A stretch of 64,000 nt of DNA from Tubulanus polymorphus. Taxonomy: Eukaryota; Animalia; Nemertea. Shown piece by piece: positions 27,001-39,600 of the stretch. The notes beneath the pieces are model-generated. The model was not told the origin of the DNA. It ran no database searches and was given only the letters and a program-made list of their open reading frames with translations. The DNA lies in the NCBI RefSeq assembly GCF_964204645.1, contig NC_134032.1:14558275-14622274 (forward strand), read 5' to 3'. The translations under genes and the position numbers were made by a program. Positions within the stretch are counted from its first letter, which is position 1; each line of letters begins with the position of its first letter.

Positions 27001-30000
27001 GTTTTTCTTATCTCATTAATAAGTTAAAATCCTGGATCCAGTTCCACAATTAGTGAGTTGAATTTGACCCTGTAGAGCAAAAAATTCTAAGATGAACTCC
27101 GGAGCTCACAACTCTCTCAAACTCAGATGTCAATTTTGCTGCCTTTAAACACACTGAATTAATGATGATATTCTAAACGCAGTTTGATTTTACCAGTAAA
27201 CTGCGTTCCACACTCAGAAACAAGCTTCATCATGTTCATACACTACACGCACTGAGAGTACTAACACTGCATCAGTGTGGTTTTTATCGAGTGCTAGAAA
27301 TACCTGAGAGGAGTGGAGAAGAATGATGAGGGGAGAGGAGCAGGTAGATGAGTGGGAGGGGAGGTGATAGAAGAGATTTGGAGGATTAGAAACTTTTATA
27401 AGCCTTTGTTGGCTTCATCTAATCTCCTCCACATTGTATTAAAATGACCAATGCTTGTATATTTTTTGTATATCATTATGGTATGTTGTAATTTATCGTG
27501 GAAATGATTAATTATCGTTATTATTATCACGACGAGGGAGGAGTTGAGCTGGAGAGGGATTCAAAGGTGGTAAGGGGAGAGAGATTAGAGGCAGAGGAAG
27601 ATGAAAGAGGTTAAAAGCTTGGAGCAAATGAGGAAGGGAAAAGGAGTCAGTAGGAAAGAGTATATAAAGGCATAGATAGAGGGAGGGACAGGGAGGGAGG
27701 TAGGGGCAGAGAGGAAGAGGAAGGTGTGGGGAGGGGAAGGAAAGGCAGGGATATGGAGAGAGAAGGGAGACGGCGGCAGGGAGGGAGGCGGCGAGAGGGG
27801 AAGGAGAGGCAGGGAAAGGGAGAGGGAGGGGAAGAGAGGGAGGTATGGAGAGGGATAAGGATAGGGAAAGAGGGAGAGGAAGGCAGGGAGAGAGGGAGGC
27901 AGTGAGAGGGGAAGGAGCGGGCAGGGAGAGGAAGGCAGGGAGAGAGGGGAAGGAGAGGGCAGGGAGAGGAAGGCAGGGAGAGAGGGGAAGGAGAGGGCAG
28001 GGAGCGAGGGAGAGGGCAGGGAAAGAGGGAGGCAAGGAGGCAGGGAGTTTAGATGTTATGAAGTGAAGCATGCGTTCGATGTACCAGGTATTTATCTATA
28101 AATTAAACATTACGTCAGCCACCTGTGTGTTTTCCTCCCCTCCCCCTCCTCCTCCCTCCCCCTGATTCCGGCTAGTAACTACTTGTATATATATACCTAT
28201 CTAACCGAGTTGTATCTATATATCTACATGTATTAAGACTTTCCTCGAAAACTGACGTTTAAACTAACAAGAATACAACGTAGCAGTTTACGTCATCGTT
28301 AACAGCCACGCAGTAGAATTATTGAGTATACCTCCGCTAAACCGTCAGACGGGTGGAGGGAGAGAGGGGGGGTAATAGATAAACCATACTAGGGTTCAGG
28401 GAACATAATAATAAACACTATATATATATTACTATCATACTGCCGGTTTTATGGAGTGGTATTACCTTTAACCCGCAGGCTCACTCAATTCATTATCAAT
28501 TTAGTTAGCCCCCGGGTTAAAGGTAATACCACTCTATAAAACCGGGCCCTGAGGTTCTTACAGATCAACAAATCCATATTTCCCTGTCCCTTGACCGAAA
28601 ATTCCATGATTAAATTATAAGATATTTTCAGTGAGGGCTGTTTCTTATCAAAAGGTTCCTTGTGTCACTCGTCAGAACAACAAGACACCAAAAATTCAAA
28701 TCCCGACTTTTCAAGAAAAAGATATATCAGAATTCCCTCATTTTCCGTGATCTGTAAGAACCCTGGATAAACAGTTTAGTACATCGAAGTTGAGTTCAGT
28801 ACATCGAAGTACGTCGACAGTTGAGTACATCGAAGGGTTAGGATCGGTTGATGGAACGCCTGCTTCATTCGTGTCGGGAATGACCAGGGGGGTTTGTTAG
28901 GGATGACACGAAATAAGCATCAAGTCAAATCAAATAAGATGGAGGTTCATGCGAAAAGAAAAAATATGATCTACTCACTTTTGTCGGTCTTTAACGTGGA
29001 TCACTCGTCCGAACGTACCCTCACCTAAAGTTCGAATAACTTCGTCTGAAAAAAGACCAATCGACAGGCGTCAATCACCACGTCAGAACGACCCTGCCCC
29101 GCCCACTGATGGATAGAGAGGGTGTGTCGGATATGTCGGACCCCAGACGTCGAACGACTGGAATCCAACATAACCCACGTTGCGTCTCAACCGACGACGA
29201 TGACGAATTCTTCGAAGCGTTTTTCCGCGATGAAATTTTTTTGCGTCGTGAAATTTTTTCCGAAGAATTCGCGCGTTTCTTTTTTTTCATCGCGGAAGAA
29301 ACACCTCGAAAATAACGTCAAACGCTAAGTAAAAATCGATCGGACAAAAAATTTACCAAAAATATTTTCACAATTTTATTTTAATGGGGTCAATTTCTAG
29401 TTAGCGTTTTCGCGTCGATACAGAACCTGAAAATAATCTCACTAATTAAGAATTCATTATCATTGATCAATTTACTTTTTCTAACAAACTATTTTCAAGT
29501 TTGATGATATCGGTTTTTTTTAAGCATCCACTTGCAGGCCTTTAGGCGGACGCTGTATTTAACTTCAATCTAGGTTTCAAGGCTAGGAATGCAGCAGCCA
29601 ATAACAAACGTGCCGCATCTAGGGCAAGATAGACCCTCGTGAGGGCAGAATGTACCCTCGTAAGGGCAACACATGTTCTCATTAAGGGGGTCTGCTAATA
29701 GGGGGCTCTGTGATCATTAAGAGTTTGAACTCTTCTTCATACGAGGATAATTTTGATAATAATAACTCACGGCGACGGCTGGCATTGTTGCTAAACGACC
29801 AGCGGTTTCAACGATACCACGCGCCTCGTCATCATTATTTCCAAAAAAGAAATGGCCAAATATTTCTTTTTTTCACTTTTAAGAAAATCGAGAGCGATTG
29901 AGAGAGAGAGAGACTGGGTATTTGATATTTAAACGTTACGAAAAGAAAGTTGTGTGTACATCTAGCTTGTAGAAGATCGCCTGTCTTATAGATGAGGTGC

Positions 30001-30366
30001 CCATCGGAATCATCTTCAATACTCGGTGCCCTCGCCTTCGTCTGCTATTGAGTAACCATAGTAACAACATCAGCGTCATCATCGCCGTCATCATTGGTAG
30101 TTTGGTATGGTCGTCGTTGGTAGTAGTTGGTAGTAGTTGGTGTAGGCGGCGTTGGTAGTAGTAGTAGGGCGTCGGCGGCGTCGTCGTCATGGCGGCGTAT
30201 TTTCATTCGTAACAATGTACACAGATTTCGTTCGTTGCGTTTAATGAATTTGCGAAGCGCGAACCGTTCGTAGGATGTGGTGGTTTATATGTGTGATAGA
30301 GAACAAGGAACAAGCAACCCGAAATCAGTTATCAGGTAACAACAACAATAATAACAATAATAAATC

Positions 30367-30419
<53 letters not shown>

Positions 30420-33400
30420 TAGTTGTATCCATGTATAGATACAATACAATGAAAGTGTGGGAGATGAAAAAATTTGTTTAAATCGACATCTATTTCGATA
30501 TCGATTTCTAGTAGTATATCTAAATATATAATCAATAACGTTATAATCTAAATGTTCATCAACGTTTTAGATTAGAGCGTTATAACATTAATTCGTTATA
30601 ACCCGCGCGATTGTTATTTCTAGTCGAATAAAAAAAAGTTCTAATTTCGATACGTTTTTTCGTCGAAATTAATTTTGACTAATCGTAATCCAGCATCTTA
30701 GTGGAATATAGCAGATTTAACCAGTCTATTACCATGTGATGTTTCAGGTTGAATACCTCTACCCAGTTTGATTAATTCTAAATACCAATGCTTTTAATAT
30801 ACTCAGGGTCTTTTAAATACGGTTTCTATTATTCAAGATGGCCACCACGAGGTAGAGTAGGTCGAGCGACTTCAAAAAGTACACATGCATCCATGACTGT
30901 CCCAGAGAGAAGGGGCTCAAAAACTAGCCACTCCTGCCCTTCTTGAGGGGAATTTGAAATTGCGCTTACAGCCATTTTTTGGATTTGACCTATTTGATGG
31001 CAGCCAATTTTTAGAATTTGACCTTTTCAATAGCAGCCATCTTGAATTTGACCTATTTAGTGGCAGCCATCTCTAGAATTTGACCTATTTAATGGCAGCC
31101 ATCTCTAGAATTTGACCTATTCAATAGCAGCCATCTTGAATTTGACCTACTTAATGGCAGCCATCGCTAGAATTTGACTTATTTAATGGCAGCCATCTGT
31201 AGAACTTGACTTATTCAATAACAGTCATCTCTAGAATTTGACCTATATAATTGCAGCCATTTTAAGAAGTTGACCTATTTAATGGCAGCCATCTTAAGAA
31301 GGATGAATCTAGCATATTTCTTCAAACTGCGGTGCAGTTTAGTAAACCAGACGCCTGAGTTCATTCCGAGCTCCGATGCGAAGCTCTATTTTGCGGGTAT
31401 TCTTTGTTTTTGTGCAAATCGTCGTATTTTTCCAGAAGATTATTTCGAATTTGATGAAATATGTTTGCATCGCGCCGAATTATCTCCCCACACCTCATCG
31501 CTTTACATTGGAAAAAAAAACAACAACCAGAGAACATAAACTTTACTGCGTTACCGAAAATATGGTTGAAACTCGCGGAGAATAATTTTTTCCGAATTTT
31601 TGAAATTTCAGTAAAATTCACGTCCGTCGGGAATTCATTTTTCTTTCATTAAGGGTCAAGGTCGTCTCATGCAAACCGCGCTCAAACGAAATAAACGTCC
31701 ATTCAAAATTCCACACTCGACTTTTTACACATTTCAACACCAGTCACGCGGCAGTACACTGTATACATCTCATCAAAAATTTGTCATTATGAATTTTCGA
31801 TCTGATTCATTCAGTCACCTGCTGAACTATAAATGCCACTAATAACAGTTAACGATTCCAATCAACAAAGAAATGAAAATAAGGCAAAAATTAAAAGTGA
31901 CTTGTGGCACATCGACAATTAGTTCACTAACTGTAAAGTGGGTCATCGAGATACGAATTTTGCTACAAGCATCCATCGACAATATACAATAACACCCTGA
32001 ATCAACCGCTAAAATCAAACCACATTTATTCATATCCTCACACCTGACTCTCAACGGAAACCCTCACGCTCCTCACACCCTCACAGTAGACTTTCATACA
32101 CCTCACTATCTACAGTCAGAGATGTAAGTGGTGAAAATGGCGAAACCCGTTGGAAATGAAGTGAGAGTGCTTCATTCGGAAAAATGTGGAATCAAAATAA
32201 CCGTTCAAAAACTGGAAAACTTACATCTCTGTACAGTAGACGCTCGGTTTTCCATCTGTCAGTCTCAGTCCATGCAGCAGGCGACGAGTATCACCTTCAT
32301 AAAAATACTTAAACAATTCTCATCTAACTGAATTTCGCAGGAAATATTCAAAATAACACTGTGTGTGCATTTAATTTAAATTTGAACAAGTGATCTAATA
32401 ATAAAAATCTCAACATATTTCCATGAGTTTTCTGAAGAAAGTTACCCGATTTCCAGTTAAGTGGCCACGCTGGTAGACTGCTCCAGAGAGGTAATTGGAT
32501 CAGGGGTCCAACAGCGATGCTGAAGGCCGCAATACTTTCCAATATAACGAAAATGGCTTTCCCCTAAATTTTAGCAGTTTTTCAAAAACAAATTCCCTGA
32601 CTTTTCTTAAGAAAAGTAAATTCTGTGACCTTTCCCTGATTTGCAGCTCATAAATGTAATTAAACTAATTTCAGAGTCGTGAATTGCGAAACCGGACCCT
32701 GGCGAGTGAATGTTTGATGAGAATTAGTTGAGTATTGTTACTGTGGTTACGTACCGCGTTAGAAGCTCGGCGACCGCTAGAATGTTCCGTACTCGGTTCA
32801 CTACCGGGTTTAACGTGACGATCGGCGTACGGTAACGGTAAGTGTACACCGACACCGCCACCGGGTGGCGCCGCCGCGGCCGCTGCAGACGTATCCGCGT
32901 CGCCGCCGTACGTAGAAACAGACGGATCCATACCGGTAACCGGGTTGAGCAGACGTTCTGTACGGAGTAGTGGTGCACCCGGTGGCGCCGCTGCCGCAGT
33001 GGTGGTCGTACCAGCGGTTGAGATTGGCGCGGCGTGTCTGGCGCGTGTTTTCGCCAGTAATTCGGCGAGCGGATTTTTCTCCTTCGGCAACTGGTACGAG
33101 TCGAGTAAAACCGGTTTAAACGAGTCGACGTCGTCAGCGTCGTGCTGCGTCGCCGTCGTCGGACTCGGTCGTGGTTTACGCTGCGGCGGTCGTTCTCGTT
33201 CCGGTTCCAGGTAAACCTCCGCTTGTCGCGACACCTCGGCGTCGTCGTTATTGACGACGGTAATCTCCGGCAGCGGCGACGGCGCGGCGGCCATTTCTTC
33301 TTCTTCTTCCTCGTCCGGACTCGGACTCGGCGGTGGCGGCGGCGGTTTTTTCATCGTTACTTTCGACACGCCTAAACTCAACAATCCGAGGCATCCTTCC

Positions 33401-36400
33401 GGTATCGGTCCGGTACGAGTCGGCGCGCACGCCAGGAAATCGCTGAGCGTCGGGCGTTCGCGGGCGCTACTCGCACCGTCTACCCATCTCATATTCGTCA
33501 CCAGATGATCAGCCTGTAAATTATCGGTTTGTTTACGTTTGGTTTGAGCTGCGACGACAGACGCCGGCTCCGTCTGTTCCTGCGGCACCTGCACCCGCTG
33601 CTGCTGCTGCTGCTGCTGCTGGTTTTTAGTTTTCGCTCCGCGTAATTTACGCCGGCGTTCCAGACGCTCGTCGAGGTCGAGGTCATCGAAAGTATCGCCG
33701 TCGAAGATCGCCGCTACGAAGTCATTGTTGTCGTCGTCCTGGTTACGATGAAAAACGCGGAAGTGTTTACGCCGCGATAGAAAACGAGTCATCGGATTAA
33801 TACGGTAACTGACCACTAGGGGGAGCTCTATTGAATTAATACGATAATCGATCGCTAGAGCGTGCTACTAACTGATGACGATATCGAAGCTGTTTCTAGA
33901 TCGTACAGAAAAAAACCAAACAAAACCAAGCTGAATATTATAAATAGTGCGACAAGTCACTCTTCTATCTAAATTCAAGATGGCCGACATGGTGGAGGTT
34001 TGTACTACGAAAATGTTGTTCATATTTTTTTCGTCGAAATCGACAGCTATTCCCGGTGCGCTGTGTCATTCTTTTAAGATTTATACGGATTAATTACTAG
34101 ATTACGTAATTACCGATTCTATTGTACGAGTTGTATTTGACTAGTCATACACACCGGGTACCGCGTACACCGACCTCATTGTCAATTCAACCCAATTAAT
34201 TCAACTACTATAAACCAGTACATTTTTAATTACTCTCCTATCAGAGATACGAAGACCGTTATAATAAAAACATAACTAATTAACGTCATAATTAGGGAAA
34301 ATTCATGAAAATGAGTTTGTCCACGATCTACTCACTTCAAATCAACGATCAGAGATAGGCCTACCCAACGAACGGTACTGCCACAAGTATCAATTGTCTC
34401 CACCAGTAACTGGGCCAGTTATACTATCCTGGCTTAGATGTATAACCAGGCTAAGACTATGTTAAGCCTAGCGCACATCGACACTGCGATTGGAGACAAC
34501 TAGTTGCAAGGCAGTTTTCGGCGCATGAGAGCAACTGGCTGGATACAATCAGTTGCTCGAATTTGTCGATGTGAGCGAGCTTACGACTGGTTAGCGTCCA
34601 TCTATCTCCAGTTCTACCCAGTTGCTCATGTTCTACTTTTGAGCAACTAGTTGTACTCAATTGCTCTCATATCCGTCGATGTGAGCGCTCCATAATCAAC
34701 AACACATGGTTGTAACTGACTAAAACAAAGCTATTTGTCACGTGACTTGTGATGCCCTCAAGAATATTTGCTAAACCACATCTCAGTTGCTGTCGATGTG
34801 TGCGCTATAGACCTAGCGACCGGCATGAGCCACGCAGTTGCTGGGGTTTACTAAATTTTTGATGTGCGCGGGGTACTCGCTCACTAGCAACTAGTTGTCT
34901 CCAGTCGCTTTGTCGATGTGCGCTAGGCTTTAGTACTTAATCTAAATAACACCATATTTGTTCCATTTAGAGACAATTAAACTACGTAACATCAGTGAAA
35001 TATCATTTCAAACTCTGTAACAAATCTAACGACGTTAAAACACTAACTCTCCGGCAATACAAACCAACCTTCTCCGCGACAACAACAATTACTATAGGTC
35101 TCTCAAGACAAGATGTTGTTTAAAAACTTGACAACAGGACCCAGTTCCACAGTTCTGAGTTAAATTTGACTCTAAGAGTTAAAAACATTGAAAATGAACT
35201 AACTTTAACTCTGAGTTAACTCTTAACTCACAACTGTGGAACCGGGCCCAGAGCTTCTAAATTTACGCGATATCCAAATTCTATCGAGCGCTTCCGATAT
35301 CTTGAAACGTTCACTGTTTCACGGTCGTCCCAAACGGAGGTATATCAGCTACGCTCAAATTCAAGTTGATCAACAATATCAATATTAGACAGAACTGAAA
35401 CGTCTATCTGTGAACCTACTCGATATGTTACAAGATTAAATAACAACCTTTTTTACAAGATAACATCCGGCCTCGAAATACAATCAAAACATTACCCGAA
35501 CCCCTTATCACATTGGGTCATAATTACTAGATTATCTTACTGTCTTTTAATAGCGCACATAATGTTTCTTGCCTTGTGAAAAATTGTCATCCAAAAAGGA
35601 ATCCAATCCTGTATTTCTCTAAATTTCATTTTTCAAAAATGAGCTTCGGGTTAAAATGTGAATCAACAGACGTTTAGTACAACCTCCACGAGTGGCGCCA
35701 TCTTTTAATGAGAGAGTGAGTTAGTGCTGACACGACAAATAAAGGTTTGCACAAAAAACGAAATGATTTCTAGTGTAGCGAAATATGCGGTTACAAAAAG
35801 TGAGAAATTCCACATCTCTTCGGAAAGAGGCCGCAAGACCTAACTGTGAGACACGCCACACCATCTGGTGACACGGACAGAAACCCTCACAAGGACCTAC
35901 TGCGAGACACGCCATCTGGTGAGGGAAAAACAAACATCTATTCATGAACTGAAGATAAAGCGCCACCTATTGTGTGAGCAGTCAATCACGGCAAACGTTG
36001 AATATGATAAGAGTCAAAACCAGCAGCGAGCAGGCCGGGCAGCCAGCTGGGCCGCCGGGGCAGGCAGCCGGGCCCGGCGGGCAGGAGACACGTTAGCTCA
36101 AACCAAAACTATTACAATCAATCAGTGCAAGTGTTATCACTACAAAATTAAAATATATATATAATATACAGCATACGTGATGAACTATAGACGATGGGGG
36201 GGGGGGCTAGAGAAAAACAGGGTCTATTATTAGTCTCAATGGGGCCGTTTTAACTAAATATATACCGATTCATGAACCCGACACCAGGGGGCGAGTTTCA
36301 CAGGCAGTTGAAGAAGATGGCTGACTAATTACTTATTAGGTTCTTCACTACGTACTATTAAGTGATCGAAGAGTCTCATCCCTGGCAAGTGGGGACTGGC

Positions 36401-36658
36401 AGATTGAGAGCAGTAGCTAGGTACGGGTTCGAGGGGGGAGGTTGTCGCTATATTCTAGTTCATACTTCTCTTCGAGTTCAAGCAAAGCGATGGCGAGGTA
36501 AAGCAGAGAGCGAGAAGCATGTTATAATAGCGCCTGGTATAAGCTCACAGCAGGATACACGCATGGCGAAAGGGAAGAAGAGAAGTTGAAACAGCAACTG
36601 GTGCTCTGTATATAAACTTGTTCTCACTCTCTCTCTGAGGAATGCGCGTAGCCAGTTT

Positions 36659-36699
<41 letters not shown>

Positions 36700-39600
36700 A
36701 ATGTAAAACCAGTGGAATTTTCCAACATTACGGAAAACGTTAACCCCTTCATATCTGATTACAAACAACCGTTCAATATCGGAAATATCCGAATTTCAAG
36801 TTGGCTTCACAATTTCCGGCGATTACTTCTCACAAAAATCCAAATCATCTAAAGGATCCGATTTACAGTTCACGGAGTTACTTACATTTATCACAGAAAC
36901 CAAGAACTGAGTTCAACAAAGTAAAAGTTTTGACTCAAAAGTCATCAGATTTTGAACTAATTCTGACTTATAAATCTATGGAACCAGATCTAGTATCAAC
37001 TTTAACCCGGCCCAGTCATGATTTGAGACCAAAAATAATCCTAATCCTTAAAACTGGCCCTAAGTGGTTAGATTGGATATTTTGTATGGAATGCTGGTTA
37101 ATTATCATGATTAAATGATTTAGCTGCTCTGTAGAGTAGTCGTATAGAAGCACACAGTCGTGTGCTGTTATTTTCTAGTCACCACCAACACCACTGGGAG
37201 GGTGAGGGGGTGGTGGTGTACGGAGGTGCTGATGGATTTTAACTGCGTAAAAACTATTCGCAAACCGCGGAGGAGTGAGAGGGAAGTCAGCCATCTTCTT
37301 TTTCAATTATAAACCGACCTCCTAAACTAATAGTTCGTCCAAACTGTCCCTTATCGAAAAGCATTTCTGATTAAAGCCCCGACGGACCGTTAGGGCCCCG
37401 ACGGCCGTTCGGGCCCCGTGTGTCTTACGTGATAGCGTCGTCATACATCTCGTGTATTATTCCGTGTTGATCGAGATTGAATCACCGGTAATCGAAGAGT
37501 TTCATCAGATTTATTACAGCGCTAACAAAGAACCACACACACACACACACGGTCGGTGTTCTAACTACTAAAGTTCAGCAATGATTCAAATATTCTTTCC
37601 TAAGTTATCAAAACTTCGCTAGCTATATTCCAGAAACGAACATTTTCAAAACTTAATAATCCCCTTCGATTAATTCACAAATCCTCGGTAGAAACAACGA
37701 TCTCTCGGGAAGTTGTTTGTTGAGAATATTTTCAGCGCTCTACGATCATCCTCTACTGTAGGAGGCTGTTTGCATGTAATGTATATGAGACCCTGATTCA
37801 TAGTAAAACTGATGACCTAATTTTAGTAAGTATATATATATACAGAGCTGATTATTAATTGAAAGCTGAAATAACAGAACAGTAACCCGGCTTATAATTA
37901 CTGACCCCGATCGATCCCCCCCCCAATCTAAACATCCTCAGATCGATAAAAACCGATCACAATCCGTAAGACAGCTAGTCAAAGTTTGATTTTGATTCGA
38001 GTTTCTTAACAAGAAAACACTGGAAAGAATTAGATGGAAACTTATTCTAGTTGGGTAGTCAGAAATATCTCGTATCCTCCTGCCCGGTTCGTTACGTTCA
38101 TTTTCAATTTTTAGAACCCCCAACAATGAATCTAGTATCCACGGATAACGGAATACTTCCAAAAATCAAGACGATAAATTCGGAATAGCTACCACCCCTC
38201 CCCGAGTCATTCGAGAGATTTCTATAATTACAAACGGGACCAGTTTGGACAGACTAAAGTCCGGCGTCGAGGGGTGTTACCTTCTTCATCGGTTTACGAT
38301 TCTCCGTCGGTTTCTTCTGTTTGACGGCAGCGCCACCTCGGCCGCCGCCGCCGATCGCGGCAGCGTTCTCACCGACGCCGCCATCTTTCTCTTGTTTGGC
38401 GGTATCCACCTCGGATCCTGGCATCGCTCGATAGTCACAAACGATCGTACTGCATATTCCTTCGATCAACTCCTAAATCTCCTCCTCGCGCTTCCTTTAA
38501 CGCGCGTGCAGACGCCACGGATAGAAAAAACCTCTCAAATTTTTCAAACCGACTAAAAAGTCAGGATTTCTCGTCGGACGGTTTGTTGTGAGGAGGGATA
38601 GATGGTGAATGCAGAGCGGGGAGGATAGATCGAGATAGATTCAACAGGCCGTGAAGAGGGGAAGGTATTTTTAGACGTCTATAGCCGGTAATCGACTAAG
38701 AATGATGTAGACCACATGCCACACGTATCAGCGCGAAGAGCACGAGATACTCAAAACATCACACACATATAGATATATATATATACACTGTCTGAGTATG
38801 AGTTATAGATATAGTAACACCGACGGAGATAGCAGCGCCACCGAGTGGTAGAAAAACACACCACAACAACTGAGATAGTAACGACACCTGGTAGTAGATA
38901 GATACACCAAAACAAGTGAGATAGCGGTGCCACCGAGTGGTAGAAAAATACACCACAACAACTGAGATAGTAACGACACCTGGTAGTAGATAGATACACC
39001 AAAACAAGTGAGATAGCGGTGCCACCGAGTGGTAGAAAAACGCACTGAAATAACCAAGATAGTAGTACCATCTGGTGATCGAAAAATACAGTACAAAAAC
39101 TGATAACAGCGACACCTGGTGGTAGATAGACACACCGCAATAACTGAGATAGTAGCGACACCTGGTTGACTAGGGATTTGCGAATTATGAATGATAGTTT
39201 ACACGGTTCCAGGCATATTCCATTTACAAAATGTAAGTCATCATCTGTAAAACGGTCACTGATTGGTCGTTAATCTACGCACACTCTGTAAAACAGTCGC
39301 TGATTGGTCAGTAATATACGCACACTCTGTAAAACAGTCGCTGATTGGTCAGTAATATATGCACCCTCTGTAAAACAGTCACTGATTGGTCAGTAGCGTA
39401 CGCACACTCTGTAAAACAGTCACTGATTGGTCGTTAATCTACGCACACTCAGTAAAACAGTCGCTGATTGGTTAGTAATATACGCACACTCTGTAAAACA
39501 GTCGCTGATTGGTCAGTAATATATGCACCCTCTGTAAAACAGTCACTGATTGGTCAGTAGCGTACGCACACTCTGTAAAACAGTCACTGATTGGTCGTTA

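Noticed and set aside
27508-28071. 187-aa Pro/Leu/Ser ORF and similar ORFs at 11593-11941
   Set aside because: Artefacts of purine/pyrimidine low-complexity tracts.
29936-30190. [15 protein letters not shown]... overlapping the 85-nt CLK exon
   Set aside because: Wrong frame for the kinase, and the kinase frame upstream is closed by the acceptor TAG.
31361-31621. 86-aa minus-strand ORF as another CLK leader
   Set aside because: It ends in a stop with no convincing in-phase donor and no recognisable homology.
38751-39161. Three overlapping >100-aa ORFs, and those at 56040-56581
   Set aside because: Periodic translations of minisatellites.
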